Notes under the pieces: model-generated
Told to the model about the DNA's origin: nothing
The model's database searches: none
The model's input: only the letters and a program-made list of their open reading frames with translations
Position numbers and translations under genes: made by a program
Shown here: positions 54,613-64,000 of the stretch, piece after piece
Position numbering within the stretch: the first letter of the stretch is position 1
How the letters are laid out: every line of letters starts with the position of its first letter
Assembly: GCA_964016885.1 (NCBI GenBank)
Contig: OZ024741.1
Location: forward strand, 334,614,001 to 334,678,000
Direction of reading: 5' to 3'
DNA: 64,000 bases
DNA from: Eledone cirrhosa
Taxonomy: Eukaryota

Positions 54613-55535
54613 ATTATTCAGTGGTTTTTAACATACTTGACCTCCTTTTCAACACAAGAGACATATAGAAACATATGTATATATTGACCCACAGTGGGTT
54701 GACATCCATTATAATAATATAGCATGGTAATTTACATACAAAGATTACAGTCATATTAAAGGACAAAATAAAAATAAAAATAAAACATTGGCAGTCTACT
54801 AAGATAAAGCAAAAGGAAAGTTTGGAGTAGCCAGTGTATATAACAGTCACACGTGTGGCATGCACGCGTGTCCTATTTATACAAGATTATAGTGCGGCAG
54901 ATTGTTACAAGTAAAACAAGCAGTCAAAGCAGGCAATCAAGAGCATCATGGGGGTGAACTGGTTAAGCATTATTTACACACACCTGTACGATATAGAAGC
55001 CCGTGTGTGGAGAAACACCAAAAATATCAAAAATATTACAAATTTCCTGGATTGTGAGAGTGGTGGTGCGTACGAGGACAGTGGTGCTGTTTTGCTTCTC
55101 ATTTGTAATATTTTTGATATTTTTGGTGTTTCTCGATTTTGAGAAATGCTGTTGCTTGATATATAAGCATGAACTTCACGGACATGGCTTTTTAGTGCTG
55201 CTAAGGACTTGCCTATGGCCAGCAAGGCCATACATTGCTGGAAATTGTGCTTGAAGCTTTTTTAAGTGAGAAAAGGCTTTGCATGGGGCCAATCCCACTC
55301 TGAACATCGAGAGATATCTTCATGAAGACTAGGAATCTCTCGCTCCACAAAAAAAAAAAAGCTTTATTGGATGGCTGTTGGCTCTCCTGAATTCCTCCAC
55401 CCTTTGGCGGCTCTTGGTTTTGACCCCGCAGGGTGTCCAAAATCACCATTCCGATCAATCAAGCTTGGTGGGGTTGCTGGTTTAGTTGCCGATGACCCCA
55501 CTATGCAGAAATTGTACTGGGTCACATGTTACCAG

Positions 55536-55587
55536 TATCGCTGAAGAGTGACCTGACATATATATACAGTCAAAACGTAAGTAACAA
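55536..55587 (+). ncRNA. Degenerate hammerhead-like motif
   Basis: CTGAAGA-GTGACCTG...CAGTC-AAAAC-GTA; G12 is replaced and helix I is weak. Confidence 0.3.
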
Positions 55588-55649
55588 GACTCACTATTTA
55601 GCCTTATTAAAATGAACATTTAAACTCTACTTTGGTATTGAGTACTCTT

Positions 55650-55948
55650 TCTTTTGGTCGGACGCTACAGAAAGTGGTCACGGAGCGTCGGTTCCATCCG
55701 GCTGGCCATATTCTGTGTCTGCCAAATGGACGGCATTCGAAAACAGCGATGAACTGGACTCTGCCTGGCGGTAAACGGAGGCGGGGTTGCCCAAGGATGA
55801 CCTGGTGATGAACGTTCCGGAAGGACCTGATGGCAGCCAACATCACCTGGCATGGTCTCGAAAAAGTTGCCGCTGATCGTGACCGTTAGCGAGTACTTAC
55901 TGCTCGGTGCGCCGAACGGTGCGGAAGAATCTAAGACTAAGACTAAGA
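55650..55948 (+). mobile_element. RTE-clade LINE 3' fragment with a (CTAAGA)n tail
   Basis: ERRFHPAGHILCLPNGRHSKTAMNWTLPGGKRRRGCPRMTW..TFRKDL...AADRDR, a typical RTE C-terminus. Confidence 0.75.
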
Positions 55949-56009
55949 TATATATATATATATATATATATTATGTAGTCAGAAAGGAATGGTTTCACAT
56001 TAGCTATTA

Positions 56010-57280
56010 TGTTGTGATAGTCAGGTGGAGTACTAAATGAGGCCAATATATAATGTATGGTTGATATTATATGGCATACTCTGATACTGGGGTACCAAAT
56101 ATTGCTAATGTGGTGTCTGGTTGGTAGCATATGGTAAACTGTGATAGTGGGGCTGGGATAATAGATAAGGCCAAATATAGAGTTTGGTTGTTAGTATATG
56201 GTATAATATGATAGTGGGGTGGGATACTAAATAATGCAAAATAGAGTCTGGGTGATAGTATATGGTATACTGTGATAGTGGTGTGGTACTAAATAATGCC
56301 AAATAGAGTCTGGGTGATAGTATATGGTATACTGTGATAGTGGTGTGGTACTAAATAAGACCAAATATAGAGTCAGATGATAGTATATGGTATACTGTGA
56401 TAGTAGTGTGGTACTAAATGAGGTCAAATATAGAGTCAGGTGATAGTATATGGTATACTGTGATAGTGGTGTGGTACTAAATGAGGTCAAATATAGAGTC
56501 TGGGTGATAGTGTATGGTATACTGTGATAGTGGTGTGGTACTAAATAAGGCCAAATATAGAGTCTGGGTGATAGTATATGGTATACTGTGATAGTGGTGT
56601 GGTACTAAATGAGGTCAAATATAGAGTCAGGTGATAGTATATGGTATACTGTGATAGTAGTGTGGTACTAAATGAGGTCAAATATAGAGTCAGGTGATAG
56701 TATATGGTATACTGTGATAGTGGTGTGGTACTAAATGAGGTCAAATATAGAGTCTGGGTGATAGTGTATGGTATACTGTGATAGTGGTGTGGTACTAAAT
56801 AAGGCCAAATATAGAGTCAGGTGATAGTATATGGTATACTGTGATAGTGGTGTGGTACTAAATAAGGCCAAATATAGAGTCTGGGTGATAGTATATGGTA
56901 TACTGTGATAGTTGTGTGGTACTAAATGAGGTCAAATATAGAGTCAGGTGATAGTATATGGTATACTGTGATAGTAGTGTGGTACTAAATGAGGTCAAAT
57001 ATAGAGTCTGGGTGATAGTGTATGGTATACTGTGATAGTGGTGTGGTACTAAATGAGGTCAAATATAGAGTCTGGGTGATAGTTTATGGTATACTGTGAT
57101 AGTAGTGTGGTACTAAAAGAGGTCAAATATAGAGTCAGGTGATGGTGTATGGTATACTGTGATAGTAGTATGGTACTAAATGAGGTCAAATATAGAGTCA
57201 GGTGATGGTACATGGTATACTGTGATAGTAGCGTGGTACTAAATGAGGTCAAATATAGAGTCAGGTGATGGTATATGGTA
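56010..57280. repeat. 63-65-bp minisatellite, ~18 units
   Basis: atatagagtc(a/tg)ggtgatagtatatggtatactgtgatagtggtgtggtactaaatgaggtcaa. Confidence 0.95.
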
Positions 57281-57416
57281 TGAGGCATAGCAAATAATTA
57301 ATGAGGAGATAATATATGCAGTATGGTGACATGATGGCAACTTATTGATCACTGTGTCAATATTGATAATATTAAAGATGGCAAAACATGATGGAAATTG
57401 TAGTGATTATAGATTG

Positions 57417-57451
<35 letters not shown>

Positions 57452-57890
57452 TTGATAGTGGTGATGGTGGGAGTGGTGGTGGTACTGGTGGTACCTTTGG
57501 TAATGTTGGTGCTGATGATAGTGGTTGGTGTTGGTGTTGGTGGTGGTGGTAGTAATGATGGTGATGATGATGATGATGATGATAGTGATGACAATACAAC
57601 TACAACAAAAATCACAACGAACACAATAACAACAACACCAACAACAACATTGACAAAAACACCACCACCACCACCAATAATAGCAATGACAACAACACCA
57701 ACAACAACAATGATAGCATCAATAACGACAATGTTGATAACTATATCAATATTGATATAAATAGTGACAGCAACTTCTATCTGTACATATCATAATTTGC
57801 TACACAACACCACAACACCATATGTAATATAGAACTCATAGTTCTTTTTTTTGTTATTAATATTTTGTTCAATGTAAACTTTATTCATTA

Positions 57891-57963
<73 letters not shown>

Positions 57964-58530
57964 TTATTTTTTATATATTTATTCCTATTTTTTATATATT
58001 CTGTTTTTTATATATTCATTATTATTTTTTTATATATTCATTATTACTTTTTTATATTTATCATTTTTTATATATTTATTTTCAATTTTTATAGATTCTA
58101 TTTTTTATATATTTATTTTTATTTTTTATATATTTATTTATTTTTTATATTTATTTTTATTATTTATTTTTTTTTATATATTTATTTTTATTTTTTAGAT
58201 ATTTAATTGTTTATGTGGTTTATTTTCCATATAATTCATCATATTTATTTTTGATAAAATAAGTAATTTGTTTTCTATAATTACTGGATACTTGAGATCA
58301 TTGGAGATATATAGCTTTCAATTTAGATAGTTCTCCTGTCAACCCTACATCAATCTATTAATATTATTGTTGTTGTTGTTGTTATTGTGATTGTTGTTGT
58401 GGAAGTTGGTGTTGTGGCTGTTGTTGTTGCTGTTTTGTTTTTTCAGTTCTTTTCTTTTTTTTTTTATTATTTAGGTTAAATGTTGCTCTTTTTTCTTTAC
58501 TCTCTCTCTAAATATGTATATGTATATATA

Positions 58531-58601
<71 letters not shown>

Positions 58602-58778
58602 ATATATGTATGTATATATATGTATACATGTATGTATATATATGTATATATGTATGGATGTGTGTGTATATATATATATAAATATATATATAGTCATTAT
58701 TCCTTATTCTCTTCCGACACATTTAAGCATGCAAGAACTGTCAGGTTAATAATGTTGATACAAGGCTAATCTCATACA

Positions 58779-58825
<47 letters not shown>

Positions 58826-59639
58826 ATGTATGTGTGTGTGTATATATATACATGCACACACACACACATGTATATATGCCAAAATACGTGTGTGTGTATG
58901 TATGTGTGTATGTATATATATATATGTAGGTGTCTGTGTATAGGTATGTGTGTATATGTATATGTTTTTTTTAATCAAAATATTTTACAGGAGTACAGTG
59001 GTTGCCTGTTGTTGTCATATAAAGTCACAATCTCATAAATTGAATATTTTTTATATTTTCTTAAAGATCAAATTTTTATATTCTTTAAGAAATGTCTTTC
59101 TCACACAACACTTTGCTATTTCATATTATCATCATCATCATCACCGTTTTACGTACATTCTTCCATGCTAGCATGGATTAGACGGGTTGTCCTGTTGTGG
59201 GCAATGCCAGGTCAGGTGACCATGTCTTGTTCATACAGGAACTGATTCTGGCTTGATTTCTACAGCAAGATGCCCTTCCTAACACCAACTTCATTTACAG
59301 TGAGTACTGGGTGCTTTTTTACCATGGCGCCTACACATCCACTTTACATTGTGGACGGGTACTTTTTTGTTGTGATACCTACACGACTACTTTACAGTGG
59401 GAGGCATAGTGGGGGGCATACTGTCTCTATGTTTCAGCTTCGGCTTCTACCCGTGGGAAGTCGGGTCTTCTGTATTACTGTGTAACGTTAAATTGAATAG
59501 TATAAGCTGCCATCTCTAGCGGCTTATCCTGTTCATACCACCAGTTACTGTCTCACGCACGTATTTCCCTCTAGTCTGCACACGTGCTGCAGGTAAGTTA
59601 CTTTAATTGTCTCTAGTAGTGGAGACAATATCAGCTTCA

Positions 59640-59716
59640 CACCTGCTGATGAGCCAAGAGGTGAGTTTGTAACCACTAACACGGCAAAACGAATTTTTAG
59701 CGAATTTGTACAGGTG
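59640..59716 (+). ncRNA. Type I hammerhead ribozyme with full helix III, G12A substitution
   Basis: CACCTG-CTGATGA-GCC...GGC-AAA-ACGAATTT(ttagc)GAATTTGT-A-CAGGTG. Confidence 0.75.
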
Positions 59717-59950
59717 CTGTTTAGTTTATGAGGTAGGTTTTTCATTTTAATTTAACCTTTTAATTATTATGTTTATCCTATATCTCTATTAGCTTATATT
59801 CTCTTCACGCTGGTGGTTAAAATCCTGTAATGAAAACACACTCTCCTGCATTTTCTCCTCTCTATATTGTATTCCAAGATGCCCAGGAAAACTCTTTCCT
59901 TTGACCCCATTGAATTACAGGTTTACACGTGAGTCCTTTACTCTGTTATT

Positions 59951-60003
<53 letters not shown>

Positions 60004-60259
60004 ATATATGTATGTATTTAAACACATAGACACACTCATTGAAACCATACACAAACATGCACATATAAAAAATTCAGACACATGCAAACATACACACTTC
60101 TATCAACGATACACAAACCACACATACAGACAAGCAATAAATGCACTGCTTCTGCACACAGATAACAACAGTGATGACACACCTTCAGCATTTTAAAAAA
60201 AATTTTTTTTCAAAACTTGGATTTCCAACCTTTTCTCTCTCTCTCTTCGAACTCTTCTT

Positions 60260-60293
60260 TTTCTGAAGATGGACTTATATCCGAAACGTCAAA
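60260..60293 (+). ncRNA. Minimal type I hammerhead ribozyme
   Basis: TTT-CTGAAGA-T-GGA(cttata)TCC-GAAAC-GTC-AAA. Confidence 0.75.
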
Positions 60294-60535
60294 TTCTCTT
60301 CTACTCCCTCCTAAGTGTGATAGTAATAAGTCTCTTTGTTTTTTACATCTCTGTGTTTGTCTTGTCATTTCTTGAACTGTGAACTCTGTGTATGTGTTTA
60401 TTAGAATGTCTATTTAAAACATTAGCTGAGTGAGTACTCAATACTTGTGGATAGAATATAAATTTCACTTTCTGAGTAGAAACGTGTCAGCAACTTTGAA
60501 ATTTTGGCTTAATTGCTTAGTGTGTGTATGTGCGC

Positions 60536-60582
<47 letters not shown>

Positions 60583-61297
60583 TGTTTGTGTGTGTGTATA
60601 ACAATGACGATGATGATGACCACAATAATAGTCATGATGATGTTGATGATAGTGATGACGACAGTGATGGTGATGACCACAATCATGGTGATGATGATGG
60701 AGATGATAATAGCAATAATGGTGATGATAGAAATGTTGGTGCTACCTCAATCATGGTGATGATGGAGCTGATGGTGATGATCACAATGATGGTGATGATA
60801 ATGATGATGTCAGCAATGATAGTGATAACAATGATGGTACTGATGATGATGGTGATGATAGCAATGGTCGTAATGATAGTAATGATGGTGATGGAGATGA
60901 TAATGATGATAGCAATAATTGTGTTGATTGCAATCATGATGATGATACAACATAAAACCGTGACCAGATATCAAAGTTACATAACCAATTTCAAGTAAAT
61001 TATAGAAAAGTAAATTTATTTATAACAGAAAGAAAGGAAATAGGAAATAAGAGGAATATTTAAAATAATTGTTTCTACTTTTTCGTCTTATTTAAAATAA
61101 TGGAAAGAAAGTCACTTTTTATGTTTTTTTAGTGTTTTTATTATTTTTTGCAACTACAATATTCTGTCACTAAACAGGTAGAAATTTCCATAAGAGGATG
61201 TTAACCCTATGAAATATATCTCTATATATATAATCTAAAGACATTTTTTCCAATTCCACCCCACCCGTCCCTTCAATCTATCTTATTTCTCATCTTT

Positions 61298-61333
61298 TCT
61301 TCTGATGAAGGACTAGCGTCTGAAACGTTAAGA
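61298..61333 (+). ncRNA. Minimal type I hammerhead ribozyme
   Basis: TCTT-CTGATGA-A-GGAC(tagc)GTCT-GAAAC-GTT-AAGA. Confidence 0.75.
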
Positions 61334-61624
61334 CTCTCTTCCTGCTATTTCAAGTGTTAACCTAATATATTCCTTCCATATACTGTACCGATTGTGTTGT
61401 TATTTCTGTTTACCTTTTACATATATATATATATATATATATATTCAGTTATTAGGAGTATTCCAAAGCTTGGTAGAACAAGTTGTGAGGAAAGTTCTCA
61501 ACATACGTTAAGGTGACTCGACAGGTTGGTAGGGATTCTCTAGTGGAAACACGAACAAACGAGGAGTGTAATCAAAGAAGAGAAATAGGACGAAGGTAAA
61601 CAATTACAAAAGAATTTAATCCAC

Positions 61625-61725
61625 GTATTTACAATTGTTTCATCAGAATTTCAGTCCATTATTGATACACTATGTTATAATAGGCAATCAAGAAAGATAC
61701 TGTGGCATCCGAATTTTCAAAATAC
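61625..61725 (-). ncRNA. Hammerhead-like motif of the Penelope-like pLTR, long helix II insert, U3-A8 core
   Basis: Minus: GTATT-TTGAAAA-tTCGGA...TCTGAt-GAAAC-AATT-GTA-AATAC. Confidence 0.55.
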
Positions 61726-62086
61726 AAAGTTGGAATGACCTTAGGAAATGAAATAAGGGGTAGTAGTGTAAGATAGAGGAACAGAGAGAGAGTGAGGGGC
61801 AAAAGAGAGGGAGAGAGAGAGAGAGAAAGGGATAGAGGAAGGGAGAGAAAGAGAAAGAGATAGTGTGGTGTGAGAGGATTTGTATAGGGAGGGGGAGGAG
61901 GGATGTGTGCTAAAAGTTGTGATGAGTAGAGGGAGAGAGAAGGAAGATAGAATTTTAAGAGGCATTTGGAAGTGGACAGGCGAAAGTCTTACCAGAGAAC
62001 AGATGAAGGAAGAAAGTATTAAATTTCATATATAGTCTATTTTTAGGGGTGTAGAATTGTTATTTAGGGTAGAAAGATAGGTAGTG

Positions 62087-62931
62087 TTAGGATTTGGTTG
62101 AAGGTTTGAAGTGTGAGAATTTCGCTTTCAGTTTATGCTGGCAAAAAATTGACCTTTCAATTTTGTTGTTGAGTAGTTGGTGGCTTGAGCTTAGAATATG
62201 GAAGAGCTCATTATTACACAACGGGCACGTTTTCAGCCCACTCCGGTATGGAGGAGCATGTGAGAGTTTGGTCCATTTAAGGGTGTATTGTCGGTTACTC
62301 CCTTTTAAGTGCCAAATTTTGTCGGCGAGAGTCGTTACGTAACGGTGTTGGTGGTGCTTTATTGCGTAACGATGCGTGTACCAACGAGTTTTGAAGGTGT
62401 TTGCAGTGCTGCCTATGTAGTACCAGGTTTGGTTGCCCGACTCAACCGAGCACCTGTATACTAGGTTTGAATGCAAACATTCGTTATTCAATGGACAAGT
62501 CTCTGGAAGGTGGCAATTACAATTTCTGTTATGGGCAGTGGTGTGCTGGGATGTGTGTGTGAGCGTGTTTTGTGCATACTGATTGTTAGTGGGTGGTTGT
62601 GTATTAGGTGTATTATTGTGTTGAGCGATTGGGGTGTTGTTGTTACGGAGTTTTTTGGCGTTGAGCATCTTAATGTTTGCGTCTAGGTTTGGTGCAGTGG
62701 AATAAGATAGTCTAATTGTTTTGGTATTAAGTATACTACTATATTTATGTAAATTTGGAAAGTGTTTTTTTATAATTTTGTAGAATGTGGAAGGTAAGTT
62801 AGAGCTAATAGAAGATTTAAAAATAGGATTATACCAAATGTAAGATCTACTCCGTGTTCTGTTTTGCTTTGATGTTGCTGTTGTATTTGTGGTGTGGTTA
62901 GTATTAGGGGGTCTAGGTGCGTGTGTGCGGG
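62087..62931 (-). pseudogene. C-terminal linker + GIY-YIG endonuclease of a Penelope-like element (RT missing)
   Basis: IWYNP, KHFP, IRLSYS, CNC...CPLNNEC, NLVYRC...YYIGST..TFKTRWYTH, CPLCNNE, LLNNKIE...CQHK. Confidence 0.88.
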
Positions 62932-63023
62932 TGAAATTCTGATGAAACAATTATATATATATATATATATATATATTAGTGAAAAAGAACAAAGGAACTA
63001 TTATGACATTATAACAAGTTTAT

Positions 63024-63070
63024 TGCCGACAGCCGTTTCGTCCGACCCCATGGTGGGACTTATCAAGGCA
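63024..63070 (-). ncRNA. Type I hammerhead ribozyme with compensatory U3-A8 core
   Basis: Minus: TGCC-TTGATAA-GTCC(caccatggggtc)GGAC-GAAAC-GGCT-GTC-GGCA. Confidence 0.8.
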
Positions 63071-64000
63071 TATAACATGTGATTGCAAGATCATTGTTTA
63101 CATCAACGTATCACTCAAGGCTAGCAGTGTGAAATTGTTGTATACATCAGCAACTCCGCTTGTATAGTTGGGGTCAATATTCTAAGGGGGGCTCTTTTAT
63201 ATTAGTTGTCGGGGTCAGGGATTGAAGTTTAAGAATTAGACAAAAATATATAATTTACGCATCAACATTAAACTAAAAGATTTGTGGTCCCGTAGAAGCA
63301 CCTTAGAAAATCCCTCAATGAGTGCATAAAGCTTACAGGCTCCAATAAACCTATTAGACGAGAAGAAAATTAAGAGGCTAATAAAATAAGAAAATAAAAA
63401 TATAAAGTTTCCCTAAAAAATATATAAAGTTCCTATGAAATTTCTTCTAGAGAAAAAAATTTTTTTCCGAAAGAAAAAAACCTTCTTCCCCCGAGATCAC
63501 GTTTACAAAATTCAGAAAACTGAATTGAAAACTAGGTTGAAAGAAACTAATCAATTAGAGGTTAATTCAGAGAGCCTTCTCTCAGAAAAGGCCCCTTTAA
63601 TATTTCCAATAGGAACTTCTTCCGAGAGACCCTTCGAAGAATTAAAATTTTAGAGAGCCTTTAAGGATAAATATAAAAACGAATTGAGGAAAATTATACA
63701 TTAAAAGTTAAAAATTAAAAATTACGGTATTTGGGATATCCGAGGAATTTTCAAAGGGCTGCTTCAACAGATACAACTTAGGCATAATAGATACAATAAT
63801 CTAAGCAATTTAAGTAATTTAATTAGGGAGCAATTCAAGGAGTTTATCAAGTTGGGCAAGTTTAAAGAAAGTGGTAACTAAGAAAATACATAAGCAAAAA
63901 GACAATAATTATAAAATATATCTTTAAGAAGGTATAAGAGTGAGAAATGAAATTTCGTTTCATTTTTTCCATATATATATATATATGAGGTACACTCAAG

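Larger units (their letters stand above)
61445..62952 (-). mobile_element. 5'-truncated Penelope-like element (GIY-YIG end, 3' UTR/pLTR) between (TA)n tracts
   Basis: Endonuclease ORF below, a downstream HHR-like motif and a short inverted terminal copy. Confidence 0.85.

Noticed and set aside
56010-57280. Regular array suggesting CRISPR (also 10469-11055)
   Set aside because: Whole units repeat without unique spacers; no cas genes; eukaryotic context.

Overview
This is eukaryotic, AT-rich, microsatellite-saturated DNA with no recognisable host exon. The SINE types and repeat landscape best fit an octopus-like cephalopod (inference). Nearly all identifiable sequence is transposon-derived: three R4/Dong-type RT-RLE retrotransposons (two ~98%-identical copies keep a 795-aa ORF), a near full-length frameshifted Tx1/L1-type LINE plus several 3' fragments, CRE- and RTE-like relics, a Penelope-like GIY-YIG fragment, two Helitrons, a small LTR element with a tRNA-Trp-like PBS, MITEs, SINEs and minisatellites. 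The most striking signal, read by hand and not visible in the ORF track, is 12-14 type I hammerhead ribozyme (HHR) motifs from about 8 sequence families. Several have non-canonical cores (U3-A8, U4C), palindromic helix III, or sit in inverted pairs and palindromes. This points to a diverse Penelope-like/retrozyme ribozyme system. Activity, family names and novelty are untested, and element boundaries are approximate.
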